Source of the DNA: an uncultured bacterium
GTDB lineage: Bacteria > Bacillota > Clostridia > TANB77 > CAG-508
Assembly: GCA_905214245.1 (NCBI GenBank)
Contig: CAJMLO010000001.1
Span: 80,427 to 127,575 of the forward strand
Direction: 5' to 3'
DNA length: 47,149 bases
Shown: piece by piece, positions 35,991 through 45,514 of the stretch
Numbering within the stretch: position 1 is the first letter of the stretch
How the letters are laid out: every line of letters starts with the position of its first letter
Program-made: the position numbers and the translations under genes
Notes under the pieces: model-generated
Seen by the model: the letters and a program-made list of their open reading frames with translations, nothing else
Databases searched by the model: none
What the model was told of the DNA's origin: nothing

Positions 35991-36440
35991 TTATTTGATA
36001 CCTGTATCATTGAAGAATGTTCCTGTTGAATTTGGATCTGATTTTCCAGAGTTAGAGGTATCTTTGTTTTGATTGTTTCCATTATCACCATTTGATGTAT
36101 TTCCATTATTATTTTTGTTTCCATTTGTGCTTGAAGTATTTTCTACAGAAAGTGAAAATGGATCTTTCTTTCCAGGTTTATAACTAGATGATTGTTTGTA
36201 TATATTCAAATCTGCATCTGTTATTTCATATGATATTTCTGTCTTTTCGAGTTCAGTAATTGTTTCATTTATTTCTTCTTTTACTTCATTTGGAGTTATA
36301 TATGCCTCTTTGGCTGGTATCATTTTGTTTGTTGGAATATAATCATAAAATAATAATCCAAAAATCAATACAATTGCTATACAAAGTAATAACATAATTA
36401 GTATTTCTTTTATAACTGATTTTACCATTTTTTCCTCCAT
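35991..36440 (-). CDS. Single-pass membrane protein with an Asn/Gly/Ser/Thr-rich tail; pilus-operon accessory of unknown function
   Basis: TM segment ILIMLLLCIAIVLIFGLLF. Low-complexity C-terminus TNGNKNNNGNTSNGDNGNNQNKDTSNSG. The start may be the second ATG at 36428 (GGAGGAAAAA SD). Confidence 0.6.
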   Translation of the reverse strand: MEEKMVKSVIKEILIMLLLCIAIVLIFGLLFYDYIPTNKMIPAKEAYITPNEVKEEINETITELEKTEISYEITDADLNIYKQSSSYKPGKKDPFSLSVENTSSTNGNKNNNGNTSNGDNGNNQNKDTSNSGKSDPNSTGTFFNDTGIK

Positions 36441-36443
36441 TCT

Positions 36444-37181
36444 TTATTGTTGTGTATTTTCAGTTGGTGCCAAAGTATTATCAACAGCACCTGTTAATTG
36501 ATTTAATTTGCTTGTATCTTCTGTTGTTGTATTATTTGAAGCTTCGTTTGTTGTATCTGTCTCTTGAGTTGTTGTTTTTGTAGAAGAAGATTCTGTTGTA
36601 TTTTCTGTTTTAATTCTTATTCCTCTAACATTAAATGTTGCTGTTAGCAATTCTCCTTCTTGTACTAAATTAAAATTTTCTATTTTAAAATTTAATTTAT
36701 CATCATTCTCAAGTGAAGATACAAAATCCATAATTCCTACATAATAACCTTTTGCAGTAATTGTAAGATTTTTTACATTTGCTTCTCCTGCATCTCCAGT
36801 TTTAACATCAATTGTAAGGTTTACACCTTTTGATGTAGCATGATTTCCTATTCTTGTCCACAAATATTCAATATAATATGTTTCTTCTGTATTTGCCTTT
36901 GTTATTTCTTTATCAGAACTTAATTTTGCGGCTTTAAAATATTCTTCTTTTTTGCTTAGTAAGTCAGTTACTGATGATGAAAGTTCTTCTTTTTTTGATG
37001 GATAATCAATTTTTAACAAAGACTGTGCTTTTTGTATTTCACCATCTAATTGATTATTTGCATCAACAATTTCTTTTGCACTTAGAACTTTAAGTTCTCC
37101 AACAGTTAATCCTTTCACTATTGTGAAATATGCCAATACAACAAGCAATACAATCAAAATTGATATTAATACTTTTTTCAT
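36444..37181 (-). CDS. pilO: PilO-like pilus alignment protein
   Basis: N-terminal TM, coiled coil, and a C-terminal ferredoxin-like region (ITAKGYYVGIMDFVSSLEND). Its start overlaps the pilM/N stop (ATGA). Confidence 0.7.
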   Translation of the reverse strand: MKKVLISILIVLLVVLAYFTIVKGLTVGELKVLSAKEIVDANNQLDGEIQKAQSLLKIDYPSKKEELSSSVTDLLSKKEEYFKAAKLSSDKEITKANTEETYYIEYLWTRIGNHATSKGVNLTIDVKTGDAGEANVKNLTITAKGYYVGIMDFVSSLENDDKLNFKIENFNLVQEGELLTATFNVRGIRIKTENTTESSSTKTTTQETDTTNEASNNTTTEDTSKLNQLTGAVDNTLAPTENTQQ

Positions 37182-38803
37182 GGCAAATCCCCCTCTATTG
37201 TAACTTTAATGAAATCTCCGTCTCTTTCGCCTTGTGAAGATACAACTGTATTTTTCATAAGCACATTATCTTCTTTTATTTTTGCTTTAAAATAGCCAAG
37301 TTGTTCATACTTTCTAGATTGAGCTTTGATTACAATATGCTTTCCTGTTGTGTTTTCAATTTGTGTAACTTGTACATCTTTTGGAATTACTGTCATAATC
37401 TGCATTAATAAATCTGGTATCATATCTTTTGAACTTGCAGCATCTTCTATTTTAGTATTAATATTTTTTAAATTCTGTGTCATTTCAGAATATTTATTTG
37501 CTTTTTGTTTTACGCTTGAATTATCTTGCTCTACAAGTGCAATTTGCATGCTTGTATCAGTTTGAACATCTTTAGCTTCTGTAATTTTTTCGTTTATAGC
37601 TTGTTCTAAATACATAGAAAAACTTGTATAAATAACAGTTAGTAAAAATATTCCACCAGCTGTTCTAAGCATCCATCTTTCTGTAGCATCCATTTTTGAT
37701 TTTAAGTCACTAAAGTTCAATTTAAATTTGCTAGAGCTACTGCTTTTTTCTGTTTTTGGTCCAATCTCTATTTTTGCCCAGTCAGGTAATTTATCATAAA
37801 AACTTTGTTTCTTAAAGTTCATACTTTTAATTCCATAACCTAATCCTTGCATTGCAATAGCAATTGCTGAGTTGACCTCTATATAATCTTTTATATTTAT
37901 CTTTATATTTTCTGTAACAAAGTAAGGTTTTAACACTTCGCACTTTTCATTTTGAAAAAATTCTTGAAAATATAAATCAATATTATTTACAACCGACATT
38001 GTTCCAGTAATATATATTTTGTCAAATTTTGTAGTTGTATTTGCAACGTATTCTTGAATCTTTTGAACTATTTTGTATAATGTAGGCATAATATCATCAA
38101 GATACTCATTTCCTTCATCTTGAAGTTCTTTTCCTTCCATTGTATAAATAGTTGAATTTTTGCATACTTCATATGCTTTAGAATATGAATTTTCCTTAGC
38201 ATTTATTTGATTCAAAATATCTGCAGAACCTTCTTCTATTTTTTTAACATCATATACTTTTTGATCAATTATCGTTGTAATTGTTGTCTTTTCTTCTATA
38301 TTTACTATGATAATATTTTCTTTTTGTTTTACTTCTGCGACATTGGCTATACTTGTTCCTAAAGGTGTAACGCAAGACACTTTTGCATCTTCAATCAATT
38401 GCGTATCTTTATTTAAAGACGTTTTATTGGTTGAAACATATATTACTTTTATTTTATCCTTATCTTCTATCGAATTTGCAAGTGCATATCTTCCTTCAAA
38501 AGCATTCTTGTTTATATTTTTATCAAAACAATAAGATTCAAACTCTGTTTCAATAGCCTTTTTTAGGTCCTCTTTTTTTAGCAAGTTAAACATATAGAAA
38601 TAATTATATATTTCATCTGATAAGTTGATGCTAATTGGAATTTTAAAGCTGTAGGTTTCTGAAATAATTTGCTTTATTGCTTCATCAAGCTTATCATAGA
38701 ACTTAATTCCAAAAGATTCTATTTTAAGGATATCACGCTCTTTTGACACTTTTGCATATTTAATTATATTTGTTTCAATATATAATCCTAAACAGCTTGG
38801 CAT
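37178..38803 (-). CDS. pilM: PilM-PilN fusion protein (actin-like ATPase domain, TM, PilN-like domain)
   Basis: N-terminal PilM-type start CLGLYIETNIIKYAKV. Mid-protein TM GGIFLLTVIYTSFSMYL. PilN-like C-terminus. Start moved to MPSCLG (38803), with an AAGGAG SD. Confidence 0.75.
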   Translation of the reverse strand: MPSCLGLYIETNIIKYAKVSKERDILKIESFGIKFYDKLDEAIKQIISETYSFKIPISINLSDEIYNYFYMFNLLKKEDLKKAIETEFESYCFDKNINKNAFEGRYALANSIEDKDKIKVIYVSTNKTSLNKDTQLIEDAKVSCVTPLGTSIANVAEVKQKENIIIVNIEEKTTITTIIDQKVYDVKKIEEGSADILNQINAKENSYSKAYEVCKNSTIYTMEGKELQDEGNEYLDDIMPTLYKIVQKIQEYVANTTTKFDKIYITGTMSVVNNIDLYFQEFFQNEKCEVLKPYFVTENIKINIKDYIEVNSAIAIAMQGLGYGIKSMNFKKQSFYDKLPDWAKIEIGPKTEKSSSSSKFKLNFSDLKSKMDATERWMLRTAGGIFLLTVIYTSFSMYLEQAINEKITEAKDVQTDTSMQIALVEQDNSSVKQKANKYSEMTQNLKNINTKIEDAASSKDMIPDLLMQIMTVIPKDVQVTQIENTTGKHIVIKAQSRKYEQLGYFKAKIKEDNVLMKNTVVSSQGERDGDFIKVTIEGDLP

Positions 38804-38923
38804 TGTATTCTCCTTCGTTTTTTTATTATAAACATTATTATGTTTTGCAAAATAAAACAAATAATACTTGAATATTTTTCCTCATATTGCAAAAAATATT
38901 TAAAATTTATTTTTTCTTTAATT

Positions 38924-38951
38924 ATTTTATCTTTTTTTCATAAAAAGTCAA
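38924..38951 (-). promoter_or_regulatory. Candidate promoter of the pilus operon (TTGACT-16-TAAAAT)
   Basis: On the minus strand, TTGACT lies at 38951-38946 and TAAAAT at 38929-38924. Confidence 0.4.
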
Positions 38952-38977
38952 TATAAATAAGTTATATTTAATATAAA

Positions 38978-39010
38978 TGTAATATTTTTGTAATATTTTT
39001 GTAATATTTA
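38978..39010. repeat. Three tandem 11-bp repeats TGTAATATTT(T/A) upstream of the pilus promoter
   Basis: TGTAAT starts at 38978, 38989 and 39000. The first two units are identical and the third differs only at its last base. Confidence 0.8.
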
Positions 39011-39021
39011 CAAAATATGTT

Positions 39022-39052
39022 AAAAAAGGTGGCACTTTTTATGTACCACCTT
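39022..39052 (-). terminator. Intrinsic terminator after uppP
   Basis: AAGGTGGCAC/GTACCACCTT stem (one mismatch), then a T-run on the minus strand. Confidence 0.7.
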
Positions 39053-39062
39053 AAAAATTATC

Positions 39063-39866
39063 TTATTTAATAAAGTAACATATTATAATTATCACTCCAA
39101 AAATAACACGATATATAGCAAAAATTTTAAAGCTACCTTTTTTTAGATAATTTAGTAAAAATTTAATAACTAAAATACCTACAATAAAACTTGCAAGTAT
39201 TCCCACAAAAAATGGAATGCTAAATACAAAATCTTTCAATTTTAATATAGTAGCTGCAAGTACAATCGGAGCAGATAACATGAAAGAATATTTTGCAACA
39301 GATTTTCTCTCAATTCCCATTGCTCTACCAGCTGTCATAGTGATTCCAGATCTAGAAACTCCAGGAATAAATGCTAAACATTGTGAAAGTCCTATCAAAA
39401 AAGTCTGTTTAAAGCTCATTTGTTCATATTTAACATTTGATTTTGCATTTTTATCAACTAAATATAAAACAATTCCCATAACAATTAAGGCTGTTGCTAT
39501 AATTAGAGGTTGTTTTAATCCATCTCCTACAAATTTATCAAGTAATAGTCCAATTATTCCTCCTGGCAATGTTGCAGCAACAATATACCAAAACATTTTT
39601 CCTGCTCTTGTTTTTTTCTTCTTTATGGCTAAATCATATCCACCTTTTATAAGTTTAATCCAATCTTTAAAAAAGTATAGCCCAATTGCAAGCAATGTTC
39701 CAAAATGAAGTGCTACATCAAATCCTTCAAAAGCTATATTAAATGCTTCCGAATTAGTCCAACCAAATATCCATGGTAAGATGTCTAAATGAGCTGAGCT
39801 TGAAATTGGTAACAATTCTGTTAGTCCTTGTATAATTCCTAAAATTAAAGCTTGAAATACTGTCAT
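39063..39866 (-). CDS. uppP: Undecaprenyl-diphosphate phosphatase
   Basis: GIIQGLTELLPISSSAHL and PGVSRSGITM motifs. Polytopic, 267 aa. Confidence 0.93.
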   Translation of the reverse strand: MTVFQALILGIIQGLTELLPISSSAHLDILPWIFGWTNSEAFNIAFEGFDVALHFGTLLAIGLYFFKDWIKLIKGGYDLAIKKKKTRAGKMFWYIVAATLPGGIIGLLLDKFVGDGLKQPLIIATALIVMGIVLYLVDKNAKSNVKYEQMSFKQTFLIGLSQCLAFIPGVSRSGITMTAGRAMGIERKSVAKYSFMLSAPIVLAATILKLKDFVFSIPFFVGILASFIVGILVIKFLLNYLKKGSFKIFAIYRVIFGVIIIICYFIK

Positions 39867-39920
39867 AATAATTCCTTCCCTTCTATCAATAATTATATTA
39901 TCGTTTATAATATATAATTA

Positions 39921-41144
39921 CTAACCTATATCATCTCTTTGAATTTCAATGTTTCTTTCCTTTTTCTTTACATTATTCATTGTTTTTATATCATCATTAT
40001 TAAGGCTACTTACTAGAGTGCAAGTCCTAGCTAAATGGTCAATACATTTTTTCTCTTTATATTTCATTTTGTTCTTTCTTTCATTTTCTTTATCTGGCTC
40101 AATAATCATTTTTCTAATCGGCATAAAAATGTTATCTTTTTGCACTTTTTCATATAGCTTTGGTTCCAATTTTACCGCAATATTCATGTAATTTATGGCT
40201 TTGTCTTTATCTCCTTTTAGTAATGCAACCTGTGCCAAATAATAATAAGATCCAGATTCTGCATCTTCGCCTTTTATACTTTCATTAAAATATTGCTCTG
40301 CTTCATCTAAATCGCCATATATTAATGCAATTTGTCCTAAACTCAAATTTGCATTATATGCTAAACTATTAATTTGAGCCGCTTTATCGTAAAATTCTTT
40401 TGCCCTTTGAAAATCATTTAACATAGTACATGTCATCCCCATACTATAATAAATATTATAATCTCCAGGATGATATCTTAATGCTGTCATATAAATAGAA
40501 CTTGCTTCTTTATATTGTTCTGATTCAAACAATATATCTCCAAGTAGCATTGAATCATCATAAAGTTCAGGATTTTTCTTTAAATTTTCTTGTAATACTT
40601 TTATCGCTTCTTCTTTCTTATTAGCCTTATTTAATAAATTCGCAATATTGTAATTTATTTTCAAGTCTTTATTATTTATTTGTGTAACTCTTATATATTC
40701 ATCAATTGCATTTTCGTTTTTTCCTTCTTTTTCATAAAGTTTTGCAAGAGCTTTATGACCCAAATAACTTTCAGGATATTTATTTATAAGAGAAAAAAGA
40801 TAATCTTTTGCCTTATCGTATTTGCCCGAATCTTTGTATATCTTCGCCATTAAAAGTTTATACATTTCTGGAAAATCAATTTTCTTTTCCTTTTCTATAA
40901 TCAAAACTAAAGCTGGTATAAACACTGAAAATAAATACATAATCGTTTCAAAAAATGAATTTATTTTTGCACTAATAAACAATTCTATGAAATTAATTGC
41001 AATTCCTATAAACTCTAGTATCAATATATAAACATAACTTGTATCATTTTTCTTTATCATTTTCATAAAGACAACTGTAAAAAGTGTAAATGCTAATAAA
41101 TTAAAAATAATTTTTTCTGCTATCGCCAAATTTTTCACCACCAA
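39921..41144 (-). CDS. Membrane-anchored TPR repeat protein
   Basis: Three N-terminal TM segments, then multiple TPR units (YDKAKDYL, AIDEYIRV, AKEFYDKA...). Start codon uncertain (GTG at 41144 or TTG at 41132). Confidence 0.7.
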   Translation of the reverse strand: MVVKNLAIAEKIIFNLLAFTLFTVVFMKMIKKNDTSYVYILILEFIGIAINFIELFISAKINSFFETIMYLFSVFIPALVLIIEKEKKIDFPEMYKLLMAKIYKDSGKYDKAKDYLFSLINKYPESYLGHKALAKLYEKEGKNENAIDEYIRVTQINNKDLKINYNIANLLNKANKKEEAIKVLQENLKKNPELYDDSMLLGDILFESEQYKEASSIYMTALRYHPGDYNIYYSMGMTCTMLNDFQRAKEFYDKAAQINSLAYNANLSLGQIALIYGDLDEAEQYFNESIKGEDAESGSYYYLAQVALLKGDKDKAINYMNIAVKLEPKLYEKVQKDNIFMPIRKMIIEPDKENERKNKMKYKEKKCIDHLARTCTLVSSLNNDDIKTMNNVKKKERNIEIQRDDIG

Positions 41145-41213
41145 AAAATATTTTTATATAATATATCAAAAACTAACATATATTGCAATCATATATGTTA
41201 GTTTTTGTATTAA

Positions 41214-41744
41214 TTATTTATTAAATTTTTCTTCGTATTTCTTTAGACACTTTTCAATAATCGCCTTTGCTTCTTCCCTTCCAAGCATTTGGTCAACTGT
41301 TGTAGTCTTTCCTTCAAGTTGTTTATACACTTCAAAGAAATGCTTTATTTCATCAGAAACTTGTCTTGGAAGTTCAGAGATATCTTTATAACAATTTAAG
41401 TATGGATCTTTTTTGCATATTGCAATAATTTTTTCATCTTCTTCGCCGTTATCATTCATTACCAAAACTCCAATTGGATAACATTCAACCAAAGTTAGTG
41501 GTAAAATATTTTCTTGACATAGAATAAGCACATCAAGTGGATCATTATCATCTGCATATGTTCTTGGAATAAATCCATAATTAGTTGGATAATGTGTTGC
41601 CGTATACAAAACTCTATCAAGTTTAAGCATACCAGTTGCTTTATCAAGCTCATATTTATTACTTCCGCCCTTTGTAATTTCAACTACCCCTATAAAATCA
41701 TCTTTTGTAATTCTTTCTTTTTCAATATCATGCCATATGTTCAT
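41214..41744 (-). CDS. ppa: Inorganic pyrophosphatase (family I)
   Basis: YGFIPRT, DGDPLD-like DNDPLDVLIL, and the size (176 aa). Confidence 0.9.
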   Translation of the reverse strand: MNIWHDIEKERITKDDFIGVVEITKGGSNKYELDKATGMLKLDRVLYTATHYPTNYGFIPRTYADDNDPLDVLILCQENILPLTLVECYPIGVLVMNDNGEEDEKIIAICKKDPYLNCYKDISELPRQVSDEIKHFFEVYKQLEGKTTTVDQMLGREEAKAIIEKCLKKYEEKFNK

Positions 41745-43206
41745 TTATTTCTTCTTCTGCCTCCTTTACAGCCTTTCTCTCATCCCATGGATATTTTACG
41801 CCTTTAATTTCTTGATAATTTTCATGTCCTTTTCCTATCAAAAGAATTATATCTCCTTTTTGCGCATTTTCCATAGCATATTTTATAGCTTCTTTTCTAT
41901 CTTTTATAAAAATATATTTTCCATTATATTTATTAAGTCCTACTACAATATCATTATTTATTGATTCAATTTCTTCAAATCTAGGATTGTCCTCAGTTAA
42001 AATAGTTAAATCTGCCCATTTACCTGAAACTTCACCCATATCATATCTTCTTGATTTTGCACGGTTTCCACCGCCTCCAAAAATACATACTAATCTTTTT
42101 GGTTTATATTCAGAAATTGTATCCATTAAATTATCCATTTCGTCTCTATTATGAGCATAATCAATAATAAGTTTGTATTTATCATTTGAGCTTGCAAGTT
42201 CCATTCTTCCGATAACTTTAACTCTGCTAAGTGCTTTTTTCATGCTTTCAACATCAATTCCAAGCTCATATGCAACAGCAATTGCACAAAGTGCATTATA
42301 TACTGAGAATCTACCTGGTATATCAAGTTTAAATGTATCATTTATTTTACCACTAACATCAAATTGAACTCCAAAGAAATCATCTTCCATTATGAATTCA
42401 ATATTTGAGGCTTTCAAATCTGCATCATTATTGTTTAAGGCATATTTAACTATTGAACATGTATGGTCTTTTGTTACCTTTTCCCATTTATCTGAATCTG
42501 TGTTTATAATTCCAACTTTGCATTGTTTAAATAGTAAACTTTTGCAATACATATATTCTTCAAAACTTTCATGCTCATTTGGTCCAATGTGGTCCACAGA
42601 AAGATTAGTAAATACTCCATAATCAAAGTTAATTCCTGCAACTCTATCAAGTTTTAACCCTTGTGAAGATACTTCCATTACCGCATACTTACATCCCGCT
42701 TTCACCATTTGCGAAAATAATTTTTGTACCTCATAAGAATTAGGTGTAGTATTATGTGTTTCAATTTTCTCATCACCAATTAATGCACAAATAGTGCCAA
42801 TTAGTCCTACTTTATAACCAAATTCTTCAAGCATACTTTTTATAATATATGATGTAGATGTTTTACCGCAAGTACCTGTTATTCCAACTGTCGTAAGCTT
42901 CTTAACTGGATAATCAAAATAACTTGCAGACATATATGCAAGTGCTTTTCTTGAAGATTTTACCCTTATAACTGTAACATCTTCATCTATTTCTACATCT
43001 CTTTCTATTACAATTACCTTAGCTCCATTTTCAATAGCATTTGATATAAACTTATGTGAATCTGCTGTTGTACCAACAAGAGCAATAAATAAGTCGCCTT
43101 CTTCAACTTTTTGCGAATTATCTTTTATATCTTTTATCTCAACATCAATACTTCCTTTTATAAGTTCGTATTCTACATTTTCTAATATTTCTTTTAACTT
43201 TTTCAT
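41728..43206 (-). CDS. murE: UDP-MurNAc-L-Ala-D-Glu:meso-diaminopimelate ligase
   Basis: Mur ligase P-loop GITGTCGKTST. A DNPR motif (LTEDNPRFE) indicates DAP specificity. dapF is adjacent. Confidence 0.9.
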   Translation of the reverse strand: MKKLKEILENVEYELIKGSIDVEIKDIKDNSQKVEEGDLFIALVGTTADSHKFISNAIENGAKVIVIERDVEIDEDVTVIRVKSSRKALAYMSASYFDYPVKKLTTVGITGTCGKTSTSYIIKSMLEEFGYKVGLIGTICALIGDEKIETHNTTPNSYEVQKLFSQMVKAGCKYAVMEVSSQGLKLDRVAGINFDYGVFTNLSVDHIGPNEHESFEEYMYCKSLLFKQCKVGIINTDSDKWEKVTKDHTCSIVKYALNNNDADLKASNIEFIMEDDFFGVQFDVSGKINDTFKLDIPGRFSVYNALCAIAVAYELGIDVESMKKALSRVKVIGRMELASSNDKYKLIIDYAHNRDEMDNLMDTISEYKPKRLVCIFGGGGNRAKSRRYDMGEVSGKWADLTILTEDNPRFEEIESINNDIVVGLNKYNGKYIFIKDRKEAIKYAMENAQKGDIILLIGKGHENYQEIKGVKYPWDERKAVKEAEEEINEHMA

Positions 43207-43224
43207 AAATCAAGCTCCCTTCTA

Positions 43225-44079
43225 CTATGATAAAAATGGAACTTCAATTTCAGACTCAAATACTGTATGAGATGGACCTTTCATAAATACAGTATTGGTT
43301 GCTTCATCCCAATTAACTTCCAGATTTCCACCAATTTGCTCAACGGTAACTTCTCTGTCACATCTTCCTGTAATTACTGAAAATACAGCTGCAGTACAAC
43401 ATCCTGTACCACATCCTATGGTTTCACCTGTTCCTCTTTCCCACTCTCTCATTTTAATATATTTTCTATTAATAACTTGAGCAAAAGTTACATTAGTTTT
43501 ATTTGGGAATAAATCTGTCTTATGCTCAATTGCATTTCCATATTTATGAACATCAAAATTTGCAACATCATCAACAAATATAACACAATGTGGATTTCCC
43601 CAAGATAGTGCAGAAATTTTAAATATTTTATCAAGTACTTTTACTTCTTGTTCCACAAATTCGTCCAAATTTGTATTTACTGGTATAACCTTTGTGCTTA
43701 ATCTTGGCTCACCAATATTTGCTTCAATATTTACAACTTGTCCATTTTCCACAAAAAGCTTAACTTTCTGCATTCCTCCAAGTGTTTCTATTGTTAAATT
43801 TGTTTTATCTGTTAAATTATGTTCATACACATATTTGCTCATGCTTCTTAAAGCATTTCCACACATTTCCCCCTCTGTTCCATCTGGATTAAACATTCTC
43901 ATTCTAAAATCGCCTTTTTCTGATGGACAAATTAAAACCATTCCATCAGAACCAATAGCAAAATGTCTATCACTTACAAATCTTGCAAGTTCATCAAGTT
44001 TGCTAAGTTTTTGAGAAATAGCATTTATATATACATAATCATTTCCATATGCTTGCATTTTAGTAAATTTAATTTTCAT
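43225..44079 (-). CDS. dapF: Diaminopimelate epimerase
   Basis: NPDGTEGEMCGNA and GETIGCGTG catalytic cysteine motifs. Confidence 0.92.
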   Translation of the reverse strand: MKIKFTKMQAYGNDYVYINAISQKLSKLDELARFVSDRHFAIGSDGMVLICPSEKGDFRMRMFNPDGTEGEMCGNALRSMSKYVYEHNLTDKTNLTIETLGGMQKVKLFVENGQVVNIEANIGEPRLSTKVIPVNTNLDEFVEQEVKVLDKIFKISALSWGNPHCVIFVDDVANFDVHKYGNAIEHKTDLFPNKTNVTFAQVINRKYIKMREWERGTGETIGCGTGCCTAAVFSVITGRCDREVTVEQIGGNLEVNWDEATNTVFMKGPSHTVFESEIEVPFLS

Positions 44080-44103
44080 ATTATCTCTCCTCTATTTATA
44101 TGC

Positions 44104-44166
44104 AAATATTGCTAAGGTTAAACATCCCTAGCAATATTTAGGTTTACTAGGAAATTTCATTTCCTA
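44104..44166 (-). terminator. Two hairpins between the PLP enzyme gene and dapF
   Basis: AAATATTGCTAAGG/CCCTAGCAATATTT (44104-44139) and TAGGAAAT/ATTTCCTA (44148-44166). U-tracts are weak. Confidence 0.4.
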
Positions 44167-44171
44167 TATTA

Positions 44172-45350
44172 TTAATTTAAAGCTTGCTCTAAGTCAGCAA
44201 TTATATCATCTGCATCTTCAATACCAACAGATAATCTTAAAAATCTATCATTAATTCCAAGTTTTTCTCTTACTTCTTCTGGTACCTCGTGATGAGTAAC
44301 TATCATAGGATATGTTATAAGACTCTCTACTCCTCCTAAACTTCCAGCAAATAAAATCATATCAACTTTGTCAATAACCTTTAGTGCTGTTTCTTTACTA
44401 TCAACTTCAAAAGAAAGCATTCCTCCAAATCCTGTTGTTTGTTTTTTAGTTACATCATAATTTGGATGATCTTCAAATCCAACATAATATACTTTTTTTA
44501 CTTTTGGATGATTCCTTAAATAATTTGCAACTTTCATTGTATTCTCGTTGTGTCTTTGCATTCTAACTTCAAGTGTTTTAATTCCTCTTAAAGTTAACCA
44601 AGCATTTAATGGTGCTAAGCACGCACCTTGGTATTTTAAGAAATTTCTCATAGCAAGTCCAAGTTTTTCATCTTTTACAACAACAATTCCAGCCATTGTA
44701 TCATTATGTCCTTCTAAGTATTTTGTTGCACTATGAACAACAATATCTGCACCTAAATCTAATGGTTTTTGATAATATGGTGTAAGTAGTGTATTATCAA
44801 CAACTACTACTATTCCTTTTTCCTTTGCAATTTTACTAATTTCTGCAATATCTGCGACTTTCATCATTGGATTTGTTGGTGATTCAATAAATACCATTTT
44901 TGTATTTGGTTTTATCGCTGATTTAAACTCTTCTAATATACTTAAATCAACAAAGCTTGTCTCAATTTTATTGTCAGCAAGTGTTGTAAGTGCAATTTCA
45001 TATGTTCCACCATAAATATCATCTGATAAAATCACATGATCTCCTGGTTTTAATATAGAAAGTGCACACATTACAGCAGCCATACCACTACTTAATGCAA
45101 AGCCTTCTGTACCATGTTCAAGTATTGCCATTGTGCGCTCTAATTCTTCAATAGTAGGATTTTGACATCTTGTATAGTCAAATCCTAGAGAATCTCCAAG
45201 AGCTCTAAATCTAAAAGTTGCTGTTTGGAATATAGGAAAACTTACAGATCCTGTCATAGGATCGCTTCCTAATGCTCCATGTACTAATTTTGAACCTTCC
45301 TTCCAATTTTCTTTTTTGTCATAATCTACATAATTACTAAAATTTTTCAT
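44172..45350 (-). CDS. Cys/Met-metabolism PLP-dependent enzyme (cystathionine beta-lyase/gamma-synthase family)
   Basis: PLP-lysine context HSATKYLEGHND. 392 aa. Family-typical N-terminus (GS.SFPIFQT.TF). Confidence 0.85.
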   Translation of the reverse strand: MKNFSNYVDYDKKENWKEGSKLVHGALGSDPMTGSVSFPIFQTATFRFRALGDSLGFDYTRCQNPTIEELERTMAILEHGTEGFALSSGMAAVMCALSILKPGDHVILSDDIYGGTYEIALTTLADNKIETSFVDLSILEEFKSAIKPNTKMVFIESPTNPMMKVADIAEISKIAKEKGIVVVVDNTLLTPYYQKPLDLGADIVVHSATKYLEGHNDTMAGIVVVKDEKLGLAMRNFLKYQGACLAPLNAWLTLRGIKTLEVRMQRHNENTMKVANYLRNHPKVKKVYYVGFEDHPNYDVTKKQTTGFGGMLSFEVDSKETALKVIDKVDMILFAGSLGGVESLITYPMIVTHHEVPEEVREKLGINDRFLRLSVGIEDADDIIADLEQALN

Positions 45351-45456
45351 GTTTATCTCCTCAGTTTTATTTTATTATATAACTCAGTATACTCTTAATT
45401 AAGAAGTATAAGCCTGATGGTCTGAAAAACATTTCGCTGTTATTATATACCAAAAT

Positions 45457-45502
45457 AAAAAAATAAGCAAGAAATATTTGCTATATCATATACTCTTGCT
45501 TA
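45457..45502 (-). terminator. Intrinsic terminator after the hemolysin III gene
   Basis: TAAGCAAG/CTTGCTTA stem followed on the minus strand by TTTTTTT. Confidence 0.6.
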
Positions 45503-45514
45503 AATTTATCCATT

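Noticed and set aside
38804-38923. c-di-GMP riboswitch in the pilus operon leader (also checked at 35933-35990 upstream of pilA), as in Clostridioides difficile.
   Set aside because: The leaders are short, extremely AT-rich and lack the GC-rich conserved helices of GEMM-I/II.
38978-39010. The tandem repeats as a CRISPR array or minisatellite.
   Set aside because: The units are 11 bp with no spacers and only three copies. No cas genes are in the window. They are better explained as regulatory or curved DNA.
45351-45456. SAM or other riboswitch upstream of the Cys/Met PLP enzyme gene.
   Set aside because: The leader is only about 100 nt, AT-rich and has one weak hairpin. None of the conserved S-box or SAM-II/III elements I remember are present.
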